NCBI GenBank assembly: GCA_013697905.1
Contig: JACCVZ010000137.1
Coordinates: forward strand, 1-51,318
Direction of reading: 5' to 3'
DNA length: 51,318 bases
Source: Nocardioidaceae bacterium
GTDB lineage: Bacteria; Actinomycetota; Actinomycetes; Propionibacteriales; Nocardioidaceae
Part shown: positions 7,602 through 17,827 of the stretch, piece by piece
How positions within the stretch are numbered: the stretch's first letter is position 1
Layout: each line of letters opens with the position of its first letter
Notes under the pieces: generated by a model
The model's input: the letters and a program-made list of their open reading frames with translations, nothing else
What the model was told of the DNA's origin: nothing
The model's database searches: none
Position numbers and translations under genes: made by a program

Positions 7602-9152
7602 GTGCGACCGCAAAGCCCGAACGTGACCGCCCCCACGCGGCCGTCGTCGGCGACGCCCGTCAGGCTGCGTGACATCGCGGTCCACGTCGGCGCCCGCGAC
7701 CAAGTGCCACCGCAATCCCCGGTCGAGGTGACAGGGCTCGCCCAGTCCTCGGGACACGTCCGTCCCGGGGACCTCTACGTCGCCCGCTCCGGCGGCGTCA
7801 CCCACGGAGCGCGCTACGTGGCAGCTGCCGAAGCGGCCGGCGCCGTCGCCTGGCTCACCGACCCGCTGGGCGCGAGCATGGCTCCGGAGGTTTCGCTGCC
7901 GATGCTTGTCGTCGACGACGCACGACGGTGGCTGGGCTCGACCGCGGCGCTGGTCTACGGACACCCCGCCGAAGGGCTGACGGTCATCGGGGTGACCGGC
8001 ACACAAGGAAAGACGACCACGACCCAGCTCATCGAGGCGGGTTTCGCGGGCGCCGGGCAGCGTACCGCGGTGATCGGCACCATGGGCACGCGGATAGCCG
8101 GACACGCGGTGTCGAGCGACCTCACCACGCCGGAGGCACCTGACCTGCAGGCCTTGTTCGCCGTGATGCGCGAGCAAGGTGTCGACGTGTGCGCCATGGA
8201 GGTCTCCAGCCACGCGCTCGTCAGTGGGCGGGTCGACGGTGTCGTGTTCGACCTCGCGGTCTTCACGAACTTCGGACGGGACCATCTCGACTTCCACCAG
8301 ACGGTGGACGACTACTTCGCAGCGAAAGCCGACCTCTTCACCTCGTCGCGGGCCACCCGCGGGCTCGTCAACCGTGACGACCAGGAGGTCGCCCGCCTCC
8401 TCGCGGCAGCGCAGATTGAGCTGGCGACGTACACGACAACCGAGGCCGAGGCGGACTGGCGCGGAACCGAGATCACCACCACGCAGCGAGGTTCATCGTT
8501 CGTGCTGACCGGTCCGGGTGGCCTCCGGGTCGACGCGTCCATCGCCTTGGCCGGGGGCTTCAACGTCTCGAACACCGTGTGTGCGCTCGCCTGCATCGGC
8601 GAGATGGGCGGAGAGATGCTTGCGGCGGCACAGGCGATCTCACTCATCTCTGGTGTGCCGGGACGGATGGAGCCGGTCGACCGCGGACAGGACTTCACGG
8701 TGATCGTCGACTATGCCCACAAGCCGGACGCGCTGTCAGCAACTCTGGAGGCGCTGCGAGCGGTCACACCGGGACGGCTGCTGGTCGTCGTCGGCGCAGG
8801 GGGCGACCGGGACCAGGGTAAGCGTCCGCTGATGGGCGCAGTGGCCGCACGGATCGCTGACGTCGTGGTCGTCACCGACGACAATCCCAGGAGCGAGGAT
8901 CCCGCCGCAGTCCGAGCCCAGCTGATGACCGGCGCCGTCGATGCCGCGACGGACGCGCAGCTGCGCGAAATCGGGGACCGTGAGGACGCTATCGGCTTCG
9001 CCCTCAGGGGGGCAGAGCGCGGGGACACGGTGCTGATCGCCGGCAAGGGGCATGAGACGGGCCAGGACATCGGGGGCACGCTGCACCCGTTCGACGACCG
9101 CACAGTCGCCGGCGCAGTCCTGGACCGTCTCGCGCAGGGGGGACTCGGATGA
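7602..9152 (+). CDS. murE: UDP-N-acetylmuramoyl-L-alanyl-D-glutamate--2,6-diaminopimelate ligase MurE
   Basis: Mur ligase P-loop GVTGTQGKTTTT. DNPR motif (TDDNPRSEDP), characteristic of meso-DAP-adding MurE. Confidence 0.95.
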   Translation: MRPQSPNVTAPTRPSSATPVRLRDIAVHVGARDQVPPQSPVEVTGLAQSSGHVRPGDLYVARSGGVTHGARYVAAAEAAGAVAWLTDPLGASMAPEVSLPMLVVDDARRWLGSTAALVYGHPAEGLTVIGVTGTQGKTTTTQLIEAGFAGAGQRTAVIGTMGTRIAGHAVSSDLTTPEAPDLQALFAVMREQGVDVCAMEVSSHALVSGRVDGVVFDLAVFTNFGRDHLDFHQTVDDYFAAKADLFTSSRATRGLVNRDDQEVARLLAAAQIELATYTTTEAEADWRGTEITTTQRGSSFVLTGPGGLRVDASIALAGGFNVSNTVCALACIGEMGGEMLAAAQAISLISGVPGRMEPVDRGQDFTVIVDYAHKPDALSATLEALRAVTPGRLLVVVGAGGDRDQGKRPLMGAVAARIADVVVVTDDNPRSEDPAAVRAQLMTGAVDAATDAQLREIGDREDAIGFALRGAERGDTVLIAGKGHETGQDIGGTLHPFDDRTVAGAVLDRLAQGGLG

Positions 9153-10555
9153 TCTCGATGACGCTCGACGAGATTGCCGAGGTCGTTGGCGGACGGGTCG
9201 TCGACGGGCCGGGAGACCTCGAGGTGGCGGGTGGGCCTTCTCGTGACTCACGCGAGGTCGAGCCGGGCGGTCTGTTCGTCGCGATCGATGGGCAGCGGGT
9301 GGACGGTCACGACTTCGCGGTGGCAGCGGTTGCCGCTGGTGCCAGCGCCGCCTTGGTAAGCCGCTCTGTCGGCGTACCAGCAGTCCAGGTCGACGACGTC
9401 GTGGCGGCGCTGGGGCGGCTGGCGGCGCACGTCGTCGCGGCGCTACCTCACCTGACAGTCATCGGCTTGACCGGATCGCAGGGCAAGACCACGACAAAGG
9501 ACTTGCTCGCGCTGGTGCTCGAACGGTTCGGCGAGACGGTGGCGCCCGAAGGCTCGCTCAACAACGAGATCGGGGTTCCCCTGACGGCGCTTCGGGCCAC
9601 CTCGTCGACGCGCTACCTGGTCCTCGAGATGGGGGCGCGAAGACGGGGACACATCTCCTACCTGACCTCGATCGCCCCCGTGTCCGTCGGCCTCGTGCTC
9701 AATGTCGGCGTGGCCCACCTCGGCGAGTTCGGCTCGCGGACCGAGATCGCTGCCGCCAAGGGCGAGCTGGTGGAGGGACTCCCCGTTGGTGGCCTGGCCG
9801 TCTTGAACGCCGACGACGCGGAGGTCGCGGCCATGCGCGGCCGTACGTCCGCGCACGTGGTGACGTTCGGAGTGTCGCTGGCTGCTGACGTGCAGATCAG
9901 CGACGTCGGCCTCGATGATGTCGGCAGAGTGAGCTTCGCGCTGGCGGTGGGGGGCGTCCGAGCCCATCTGCAGCTGGGTCTCGTCGGCGAGCATCATGCG
10001 GGCAACGCCGCCGCGGTGGTCGCAGTGACCACCGGTCTGGGATTGGCACTCCCAGGTGTCTTGTCTGTCCTTGACGGCGCCAGGCCACGCTCCCCGTGGC
10101 GGATGGAGGTCGAGGCGTCCGTCGAGGGCGTGACGGTCATCAACGATGCCTACAACGCGAACCCGGACAGCATGCAAGCAGCGGTAGAGACGCTTGCGGA
10201 GATCGGCCGCCGACGTGGCGGGCCATCCAGAACGTTCGCGGTGCTGGGCGAGATGCTCGAGCTCGGGCCGGAGAGTGTGGCTGCGCATGTCGCCGTCGGG
10301 CGACTCGCAGGGCGCCTCGGCGTCTCCCAGCTGATCGTCGTGGGCGAGGGCGCCCGCGCCATCTCGGTGGGTGCCGAACAAACAGGTGCCGGCCAGCAGC
10401 AGCCGGTGCTCGTCGGTGACGTCGCTGAGGCAATCGCCTATGTGCAGGGCGCGGTGCAGGGGGGAGACGTCGTTCTCGTGAAAGCATCGAGGGCTGTGGG
10501 ACTGGAGAGGGTTGCCCTGGCACTGCTTGGGGACACGACAGGGGCCGGCACGTGA
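9149..10555 (+). CDS. murF: UDP-MurNAc-tripeptide--D-alanyl-D-alanine ligase MurF
   Basis: ATGA overlap with murE. P-loop GLTGSQGKTTTKD. dcw order. Confidence 0.95.
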   Translation: MISMTLDEIAEVVGGRVVDGPGDLEVAGGPSRDSREVEPGGLFVAIDGQRVDGHDFAVAAVAAGASAALVSRSVGVPAVQVDDVVAALGRLAAHVVAALPHLTVIGLTGSQGKTTTKDLLALVLERFGETVAPEGSLNNEIGVPLTALRATSSTRYLVLEMGARRRGHISYLTSIAPVSVGLVLNVGVAHLGEFGSRTEIAAAKGELVEGLPVGGLAVLNADDAEVAAMRGRTSAHVVTFGVSLAADVQISDVGLDDVGRVSFALAVGGVRAHLQLGLVGEHHAGNAAAVVAVTTGLGLALPGVLSVLDGARPRSPWRMEVEASVEGVTVINDAYNANPDSMQAAVETLAEIGRRRGGPSRTFAVLGEMLELGPESVAAHVAVGRLAGRLGVSQLIVVGEGARAISVGAEQTGAGQQQPVLVGDVAEAIAYVQGAVQGGDVVLVKASRAVGLERVALALLGDTTGAGT

Positions 10556-11616
10556 GGGCGTTGCTCTTCGCCGGAAGTCTCGGGCTCATCGGTACGCTGC
10601 TCGGCACCCGGTGGGCCATCGCGATTCTTGCCAAGCAGGGCTACGGACAGTTGATCCGTGACGACGGACCTACTTCGCACCACACCAAGCGAGGGACACC
10701 CACGATGGGAGGTCTCGTCATCATCCTTGCCACGCTGGTGGCGTACTTCGCGGCGAAGCTGCTGACACGGGACCTGCCGTCCGCCTCGGCGATGCTGCTG
10801 CTCTTCTTGTTCGTCGGCCTCGGCGCTGTCGGTTTCGTCGACGACTACATCAAGATCGTCAAGCAGCGGAACCTGGGGTTGCGCAGCAAAGCTAAGTTCG
10901 GCGGGCAGACGTTCGTCGCCGTGGCCTTTGGATGGCTGAGTCTGCAGTTCGCCGACTCACGGGGATTCGCACCGGCGTCTCCGGCGATCTCGTTCATCCG
11001 CGTCGTCAACTGGGAGCTTCCGGCGATTCTGGTCATCATCTGGGTGCTCATCATCATTGTCGGCACAAGCAACGCCGTGAACCTCACCGACGGGCTCGAC
11101 GGACTGGCGACGGGCAGTGCAGTGATGGTGTTCGGTGCCTACACGCTCGTCGGCATCTGGCAGAACAACCAGTTCTGCGCGATCACTCCGGGCGAAGAGT
11201 GCTACAACGCGATTCGCGACCCACTCGACCTTGCGGTGGTGGCGGCCGCCATCACCGGCGCCTGCTTCGGTTTCCTGTGGTGGAACGCGTCGCCGGCTCA
11301 GATCATCATGGGTGACACTGGGTCGCTCTCGCTGGGTGGAGCGATGGCAGGACTCGCCGTCATGAGCCGCACGGAACTGCTGCTCCTCGTCTTCGGCGGG
11401 CTGTTCGCGGTCATCACCCTGTCAGTGATCCTTCAGGTCGGTTTCTTCAAGCTGAGCAAGGGCAGACGACTCTTGCGGATGGCACCGCTGCACCACCACT
11501 TCGAGCTGCTCGGATGGGCCGAGGTCACGGTCGTCATCAGGTTCTGGATCATCTGCGGGATCTCGGTCGCCCTCGGACTCGGCATCTTCTATGCCGAGTG
11601 GGTGCTGGGGGTGTGA
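10552..11616 (+). CDS. mraY: Phospho-N-acetylmuramoyl-pentapeptide transferase MraY
   Basis: GTGA overlap with murF. Polytopic membrane protein with NAVNLTDGLDGLA and APLHHHFELLGW motifs. Confidence 0.97.
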   Translation: MRALLFAGSLGLIGTLLGTRWAIAILAKQGYGQLIRDDGPTSHHTKRGTPTMGGLVIILATLVAYFAAKLLTRDLPSASAMLLLFLFVGLGAVGFVDDYIKIVKQRNLGLRSKAKFGGQTFVAVAFGWLSLQFADSRGFAPASPAISFIRVVNWELPAILVIIWVLIIIVGTSNAVNLTDGLDGLATGSAVMVFGAYTLVGIWQNNQFCAITPGEECYNAIRDPLDLAVVAAAITGACFGFLWWNASPAQIIMGDTGSLSLGGAMAGLAVMSRTELLLLVFGGLFAVITLSVILQVGFFKLSKGRRLLRMAPLHHHFELLGWAEVTVVIRFWIICGISVALGLGIFYAEWVLGV

Positions 11617-11620
11617 CGCC

Positions 11621-13081
11621 GTGAGCTCCTCCCGCGACGTCTCCTGGCTCCCCGCAGCGCACCGAGGGTCCCAATGGTCAGCGCTGAAGGTGACGGTGGC
11701 CGGCCTCGCGCTCTCCGGTTTCGCGGCCGCGGATGCTCTGCAACATCTTGGTGCGCAGGTGACCGTGCTCGCCAACTCCACCGACGGCGAGACGCTGGAG
11801 AAGGCCAAGCTGCTGGAGATCCTTGGCGTCGATGTCCGCCTGGAAGAGGACCAGGAGGCCGCGTTTCCCGTTGAGGTCGACCTCGTCGTGACGTCGCCCG
11901 GTATCTCGCCGAGTGCTCCGTTGCTGCGCCTCGCGGCCGGCCGCGACATCCCGATCTGGGGTGACGTCGAGCTTGCCTGGAGGTTGCGTGCTCCGCAGAG
12001 CCCCCCACCATGGCTGTGCCTGACCGGCACGAACGGCAAGACGACGACGGTCCAGATGCTCGACGCCATCCTTCGCGCCGACGGCCTGCTCTCGGTTGCG
12101 GCCGGCAACGTCGGGGTCCCGATGTGCGAGGTGGTGATGAGCCCTGAGCCGCTCGACGTGGTGGCCGTCGAGCTATCGTCGCACCAACTCCACTGGATCA
12201 GCTCCATGTCCGCGCACTCGGCCGCTGTCCTCAACGTCGCCCCCGACCATCTGTCCTGGCACGGTGACTTCGACCGCTACAGCGAAGCCAAGGCAAAGAT
12301 CTACGAACGCTGCCAGGTGTCCTGTGTCTACAACGTCGACGACCCCGTGACGCAGCGGATGGTGGAGGAGGCGGAGGTGATCGAGGGCGCCCGCGCGATC
12401 GGCTTCACCCTGGGCGTGCCCTCGGTCGGGATGGTGGGAGTCGTCGACGACGTGCTAGCCGACCGTGCCTTCATCGAGGGCCGCGACCGCAACGCCGCCG
12501 AGCTCGCACGCGTCGTCGACGTACCGACTGGTGCGCCACACAATGTCTCCAACGCGTTGGCCGCCGCTGCGCTGGCTCGATCGCATGGTGTGTCTGCCGG
12601 TGCGGTCCGGCGGGGGCTGCAGGGCTTCGAGCTCGACCGGCACCGGATCGCCGAGGTGGCAACCGTGCATGGCATCGTCTACGTCGACGACTCCAAGGCC
12701 ACCAACCCGCACGCGGCCCTTGCATCATTGCAGTCCTTCTCCTCAGTTGTGTGGGTCGCCGGGGGTCTGGCGAAAGGGGCGACGTTCGACGACCTCGTCG
12801 AGTCCTCCGTCGACCGACTGCGTGGCGCAGTGCTGCTCGGGGCAGACCGATCCGCGGTCGCCGAGGCGCTGGCGCGACACGCGCCGGATGTCCCCGTGAT
12901 CGAGGTCGCCGACACCGACACTGGAGCGATGGAGCGCGTCGTCACAGCCGCAGCCACTCTCGCCCGCCCCGGCGACACCGTCTTGCTCGCACCGGCATGC
13001 GCGTCCCAGGACATGTTCGCGAGCTACGCGGCCCGCGGCGACGCCTTCGCGGCAGCCGTGCAGTCACTGGCCGGACGCTGA
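11621..13081 (+). CDS. murD: UDP-N-acetylmuramoylalanine--D-glutamate ligase MurD
   Basis: P-loop LTGTNGKTTT. The tracked ORF starts at ATG 11591, inside mraY. I prefer the in-frame GTG at 11621, just after the mraY stop, but the start is uncertain. Confidence 0.92.
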   Translation: MSSSRDVSWLPAAHRGSQWSALKVTVAGLALSGFAAADALQHLGAQVTVLANSTDGETLEKAKLLEILGVDVRLEEDQEAAFPVEVDLVVTSPGISPSAPLLRLAAGRDIPIWGDVELAWRLRAPQSPPPWLCLTGTNGKTTTVQMLDAILRADGLLSVAAGNVGVPMCEVVMSPEPLDVVAVELSSHQLHWISSMSAHSAAVLNVAPDHLSWHGDFDRYSEAKAKIYERCQVSCVYNVDDPVTQRMVEEAEVIEGARAIGFTLGVPSVGMVGVVDDVLADRAFIEGRDRNAAELARVVDVPTGAPHNVSNALAAAALARSHGVSAGAVRRGLQGFELDRHRIAEVATVHGIVYVDDSKATNPHAALASLQSFSSVVWVAGGLAKGATFDDLVESSVDRLRGAVLLGADRSAVAEALARHAPDVPVIEVADTDTGAMERVVTAAATLARPGDTVLLAPACASQDMFASYAARGDAFAAAVQSLAGR

Positions 13082-13119
13082 CGGCGTTCCCGCAGTCGTG
13101 GGATGGGAGAAGGGTTGAC

Positions 13120-14355
13120 GTGGCGACCACCCCCGACTCACATCTCCCATCAGCGAGCACCGACACGCTCCGGGTCGCGATCAGACGCACACTTGAGCGA
13201 CCGCTGACGTCGTACCACATCGTGCTGGGAGTCGCGGCCTTGCTGCTGGCGCTCGGCCTGCTGATGGTCCTCAGCGCTTCCAGTGTCTCGTCGCTGCGGG
13301 AGTACGGCAGTTCTTATGCGATCTTCCTGCGTCAGGCGATGTGGGTCGCCATCGGCGTCCCCCTTGCCTGGGTGACTTCTCGGCTACCGCAGCGGTTGAT
13401 CCGGTACCTGTCCTGGCCCGCTCTGGTGGTCGCGTCCGTCCTGATTGCGCTCACCTACGTCCCCGGGCTCGGTGTCCTCGTCAACGGCAACCGCAACTGG
13501 ATCTCTTTCGGTGGCCCCTTCCAGTTCCAGCCGTCCGAGCTCGCCAAGCTCGCCTTGGTGCTGTGGCTTGCCGACGTCTACGCCCGGAAGGGGAGGCTGC
13601 TACAGGAGTGGCGACACCTCGTCGTGCCCATGGTGCCGATCTCGCTGTTCGTGGTGGCGCTGGTGATCGGCCAAGGTGACCTCGGTACGGCGCTCGTGCT
13701 CCTCGGCATCATCTTGGGGATGTTGTGGATCGTCGGTGCTCCGGTTCGGCTCTTCGGTGCCACCTTCTTGGTCATCGGTGTCGGCGCGTTCGCGATCGCC
13801 ACCACTGAGCAAGAGCGGGTGGCAAGGCTCACCGGCTTCCTCGACCCGCTGGCGGAGTACGGCGACGGCGGCTGGCAAGCCAGCCACGGCTTCTTCGCTC
13901 TCGCCACCGGCGGGCTGTGGGGCAGAGGGATCGGTGCCAGCAGCCAGAAGTGGGGTGGGCTTCCGGAGTCTCACACCGACTACATCTTCGCCATCATCGG
14001 CGAGGAGTTCGGGCTCTTCGGCACGTTGATGGTGCTGGCGCTCTTCGCGATGCTGGCCTATGCCGGGATCCGGGTCGCGTCGCGGACCAACGACCCATTC
14101 GTGCGCTACGCCTCGGCCGGCATCGTCGTCTGGCTGCTCGGACAGGCCGTCATCAACATCGGGATGGTGCTCGGCCTGCTGCCGGTCATCGGCATCCCGC
14201 TGCCGCTGATCTCCTACGGAGGATCAGCCCTGGTGCCCACCCTGGTGGCGCTCGGCCTGCTCATGTCGTTCGCGCAAACTGAGCCTGGAGCCCGGGCGGC
14301 GCTGCGCGCACGGCGCAAACGTAACGCCGGCACACCGGCGCCTGCGGGACGGTGA
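13120..14355 (+). CDS. ftsW: SEDS-family peptidoglycan glycosyltransferase FtsW
   Basis: Polytopic membrane protein with LPESHTDYIFAIIGEEFG and PLPLISYGGS motifs. The tracked ORF (12751) overlaps murD; I trimmed it to GTG 13120, which is preceded by GGGAGAAGGG. Confidence 0.92.
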   Translation: MATTPDSHLPSASTDTLRVAIRRTLERPLTSYHIVLGVAALLLALGLLMVLSASSVSSLREYGSSYAIFLRQAMWVAIGVPLAWVTSRLPQRLIRYLSWPALVVASVLIALTYVPGLGVLVNGNRNWISFGGPFQFQPSELAKLALVLWLADVYARKGRLLQEWRHLVVPMVPISLFVVALVIGQGDLGTALVLLGIILGMLWIVGAPVRLFGATFLVIGVGAFAIATTEQERVARLTGFLDPLAEYGDGGWQASHGFFALATGGLWGRGIGASSQKWGGLPESHTDYIFAIIGEEFGLFGTLMVLALFAMLAYAGIRVASRTNDPFVRYASAGIVVWLLGQAVINIGMVLGLLPVIGIPLPLISYGGSALVPTLVALGLLMSFAQTEPGARAALRARRKRNAGTPAPAGR

Positions 14356-14364
14356 CGACGACCC

Positions 14365-15453
14365 GTGCGCGTCCTCCTCGCCGGCGGTGGCTCGGCCGGT
14401 CACACGTCACCACTGATCGCAACGGCAGAGGCCTTGCGCCGTAAGGTCCCTGATGCTGAGATCACCTGTCTCGGTACCGCCAACGGTCTCGAGGCCCGGA
14501 TCGTCCCCGAGGCAGGCTACCGCCTCGAGCTGATCCCGCCGGTCCCGCTCCCTCGGGCGCTGGGAGCTGACCTTGTCCGCGTCCCTCGTCGGCTCAGGGC
14601 TGCAGTCGCAGCGACCCGCGAGGTCGTCCGTCGGCTGCAGCCGGACGTCATCACCGGTTTCGGTGGCTACGTGTCGATGCCGGCATACGTGGTCGCGCGC
14701 AGGGAGAAAGTGCCGCTTGTCATCCACGAGGGGAACGCCCTGCCGGGGCTGGCCAACCGTTTCGGCGCCCGCGTCTGCACGAAGCTCGTCGCTACGTCGT
14801 TCCCGGATACCCAGCTGCCTCATGCGCGTTTCGTCGGCCTGCCGATCCGTCGAGCTATCTCGCTGCTCGACCGGGTCGAGCTGCGCGCCTTGGCCCGCGA
14901 CCACTTCCGGCTCCAGCAGGACACGCCGACCTTGCTCGTCACAGGTGGCTCGCAGGGAGCCCGTCGCATCAACGAGTCGGTGTCTGCCGCCGCCGCTGCC
15001 TTCGCGGCCGCCGGCATCCAGGTGTTGCACGTCAAAGGCCCCAAGGGTGACGTCACCCTTCCGAGCGACCTGGGACCGGGCGGTCCGCCCTATGTCGTGG
15101 TCTCGTACGTCGACAAGATGGAGCTCGCCTACGCCGCCGCCGACGCGGTCGTCGGCCGCGCCGGGGCGAACTCCGTCACCGAGGCCGCGGCCATCGGCTT
15201 GCCCGCAGTGTTCGTGCCGCTGCCGATCGGCAACGGTGAGCAGGCGCTGAACGCGTCGGCAGTCGTCGCGGCAGGAGGCGGCTTGCTCGTCGACGACGCC
15301 GACTTCACGCCGGACTGGGTGCGGCAGCACGTGCCCGCGCTGCTGCTCGACCGCAACCGCCTCGAGGCGATGGGCGCCGCCGCCACCGATCTCATCCGGC
15401 GGGACGCCGATGACCGACTCGCCGACATGATCATCAAGGCAGCCACGAGATGA
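14365..15453 (+). CDS. murG: UDP-GlcNAc:lipid I N-acetylglucosaminyltransferase MurG
   Basis: MRVLLAGGGSAGHTSP... (G-loop) and LLVTGGSQGA. dcw order. Confidence 0.95.
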   Translation: MRVLLAGGGSAGHTSPLIATAEALRRKVPDAEITCLGTANGLEARIVPEAGYRLELIPPVPLPRALGADLVRVPRRLRAAVAATREVVRRLQPDVITGFGGYVSMPAYVVARREKVPLVIHEGNALPGLANRFGARVCTKLVATSFPDTQLPHARFVGLPIRRAISLLDRVELRALARDHFRLQQDTPTLLVTGGSQGARRINESVSAAAAAFAAAGIQVLHVKGPKGDVTLPSDLGPGGPPYVVVSYVDKMELAYAAADAVVGRAGANSVTEAAAIGLPAVFVPLPIGNGEQALNASAVVAAGGGLLVDDADFTPDWVRQHVPALLLDRNRLEAMGAAATDLIRRDADDRLADMIIKAATR

Positions 15454-16877
15454 CGGTCGACGTGCCCGCCCGCATCGCACCGGCCGACGAGCTCGGCCAG
15501 GTGCACTTCGTGGGGATTGGGGGCGCCGCCCTCTCCGGCATCGCACGGGTGATGACCATGCGTGGCATCCGGGTCTCCGGGAGCGACCAGTCCGACTCTT
15601 CGATGCTGCAATCCCTGCGCACGCTAGGGATCCGATGCTGGGTGGGTCACGACCCAGCCCATGTCGAGGGTGCAGACACCGTGGTCGTGTCCACCGCCGT
15701 CCGCGACGACAACCCCGAGGTTCTCCGTGCACGTGAGCTCGGTCTGCGGCTCTGGCCACGGTCGGCTGCCGTCCAGTCCGTCCTGTCCGGCCATCGAGCG
15801 GTCGTGGTCACCGGCACCCACGGCAAGACGACGACGACGTCGATGCTCACCACGGCCCTGCTGGCCACGGACGCCGACCCGTCGTACGCGATCGGATCGA
15901 CCCTCACCGCCTCTGGCCTCAACGCCGCCGCGGGGTCCGGCGACGTCTTCGTCGTGGAGGGCGACGAGAGTGACGGCGCGATCTTGACCTACTCACCCGC
16001 GGGTGCCGTCATCACCAACGTCGATGTGGACCACCTCGACCACTTCGGCACCGCAGCGGCGTACGCCGAGGTGTTTTATAGCTTCCTCGGCCGGATCCAA
16101 CCAGCCGGCTTCGTCGTCTGCTGCGTCGACGACGCTGGCGCCGCGCTGGTCGCCGACCGCGCTTTGCAGCGGGGACTCGTGACGATCCGGGTCGGGTTCG
16201 CGGACGGCACCGACCTCCAGGCGGTCCGGTGTACGTACGCCGGCGAGACGTCACAGTTCGACGTGCGCCGCGGCGACGAGACGCTGGGACGTGTCACCCT
16301 GCGGGTGCCAGGCCAGCACTACATCATCGATGCTCTCGCCGCCCTCGCCGCGGGGCTCGAGCTGGGATACGCGTTCGATGAGCTGGCCCGCGGGCTCGCG
16401 GCTTTTCGAGGCAGTGGTCGCCGGATGGAGTTCAAGGGGGAAGCGGCCGGCGTCCGGGTCTTCGACAGCTACGCCCACCATCCAGTGGAGATCGCTGCCG
16501 ACCTGGCGGCGGCCAGGGTGGTCGCCGGTGCCGGTCGGCTGGTGGCCTGTTTCCAGCCACACCTCTTCAGCCGGACGAAAGCGTTTGCCGTCCAGATGGG
16601 CGCGGCGCTCGGTGCTGCCGACGAGGTCGTGGTGATGGACGTCTACGGTTCCCGCGAGGATCCGGACCCGTCCGTGAATGGCGTCAAAGTGGCTGACGCC
16701 GTGCCCTTGGCTGCAGGGCACGTGGCCTTCGTGGGGGACTGGTCGCAGACGTCGGCCGAGGTGGCCGGCCGGGCGCACACAGGCGACCTCGTCATCACGC
16801 TCGGAGCCGGCGACGTGACCGAGATCGGGCCTGCCGTGATCGCCCTGCTGGAGCAGCGCACGAGGTGCTCGTGGTGA
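15450..16877 (+). CDS. murC: UDP-N-acetylmuramate--L-alanine ligase MurC
   Basis: ATGA overlap with murG. HFVGIGGAALSGIA and P-loop GTHGKTTTTSM. Confidence 0.95.
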   Translation: MTVDVPARIAPADELGQVHFVGIGGAALSGIARVMTMRGIRVSGSDQSDSSMLQSLRTLGIRCWVGHDPAHVEGADTVVVSTAVRDDNPEVLRARELGLRLWPRSAAVQSVLSGHRAVVVTGTHGKTTTTSMLTTALLATDADPSYAIGSTLTASGLNAAAGSGDVFVVEGDESDGAILTYSPAGAVITNVDVDHLDHFGTAAAYAEVFYSFLGRIQPAGFVVCCVDDAGAALVADRALQRGLVTIRVGFADGTDLQAVRCTYAGETSQFDVRRGDETLGRVTLRVPGQHYIIDALAALAAGLELGYAFDELARGLAAFRGSGRRMEFKGEAAGVRVFDSYAHHPVEIAADLAAARVVAGAGRLVACFQPHLFSRTKAFAVQMGAALGAADEVVVMDVYGSREDPDPSVNGVKVADAVPLAAGHVAFVGDWSQTSAEVAGRAHTGDLVITLGAGDVTEIGPAVIALLEQRTRCSW

Positions 16878-17596
16878 CGGGGTCCCCTGGGTCGCCCGCC
16901 CGCCCACCACGGCAATGGCGGCGGCGGCTCCGTCAGCTGCGACCGTTGCTGCTGAGCGCCGTCGTCGTGGCCGGTTTGGGGGTCATCGGCTACGCGGTCT
17001 TCTTCTCGACCTGGCTCGCCGCCGACCGGGTCGAGGTCAAAGGAGGTTCCTCGGTCTCCGACCAGGCTGTGGTGAGGGCTGCGGCGATCGAGCCGCAGAC
17101 GCCGCTGGCCCGCGTCGACCTCGATGCCGTCGACGACCGGGTGTCCCAGCTGGCTGCCGTCGCTAACGCCGACGTGCATCGCGCCTGGCCACACACCATC
17201 TCGATCACCGTCGAGGAGCGGCAGCCGGTCGCGACCATCCACCGGGACGGGTCGTGGCAGGTCCTCGACAAAGAAGGAGTGCTCTACCTGAAGACGACAC
17301 GACGCAACCCGCAACTCGCCGTGCTGCAGTTCCAAGGCGAAGCCACCCGGGTGGCGCTGCGTGAGGTGGGCCGGGTGGTTGTGGCGCTGCCCACCAGCCT
17401 CCGCTCGCAGCTGAAGCACCTGGAAGCGAGCTCGATGGACTCGATTCACCTGCGGCTGCGGGGTGGGCGCGAGGTGGTGTGGGGGAGCGCCGCCGAGTCG
17501 GACCGCAAGGTCAAGGTGCTGCTGCTGTTGATGCAGCGCCCGGCCTCGGTGTACGACGTGAGCGTTCCCGAACAGCCGACGACGTCTCCGCGTTGA
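16865..17596 (+). CDS. ftsQ: Cell division protein FtsQ (POTRA domain)
   Basis: Basic N-terminus, one TM (LLLSAVVVAGLGVIGYAVFF), then a POTRA-like segment (DRVEVKGGSSVSDQAVVRAAAI...). Lies between murC and ftsZ. Confidence 0.8.
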   Translation: MLVVTGSPGSPARPPRQWRRRLRQLRPLLLSAVVVAGLGVIGYAVFFSTWLAADRVEVKGGSSVSDQAVVRAAAIEPQTPLARVDLDAVDDRVSQLAAVANADVHRAWPHTISITVEERQPVATIHRDGSWQVLDKEGVLYLKTTRRNPQLAVLQFQGEATRVALREVGRVVVALPTSLRSQLKHLEASSMDSIHLRLRGGREVVWGSAAESDRKVKVLLLLMQRPASVYDVSVPEQPTTSPR

Positions 17597-17827
17597 GCGT
17601 CCGCAGTGGTAACGGGCATCTACCTGGGCGTGTCGGTTGCCCTGCTGGTCGACGTGTCCTAAGTTGATCCGTAGGCGAGGTTGACATAACGGTAACTCTC
17701 TACTGGACGTTGAGAGTTATCCCCAGAACCTGCCGCCCTTCCCCACCGCATGACCCTCAGCAGCACCGAACCAAGGGCGGGTTCGACGACGAGTCCGCCA
17801 CCCCGTTACTCATCGAGAGGCGCGCTC

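Noticed and set aside
17750-17827. 26-codon N-terminal extension of ftsZ from ATG 17750. Similar upstream extensions occur in ftsW (12751), rsmH (3978), dnaE (28741), hisB (37926), hisF (40773), hisI (41748), trpC (43062), sepF (20339), yggS (19593) and moxR (2930).
   Set aside because: The extensions overlap upstream genes or have low GC3 and Arg/Pro-rich sequence. Canonical N-termini and RBS-like sequences are found at the internal starts I report.
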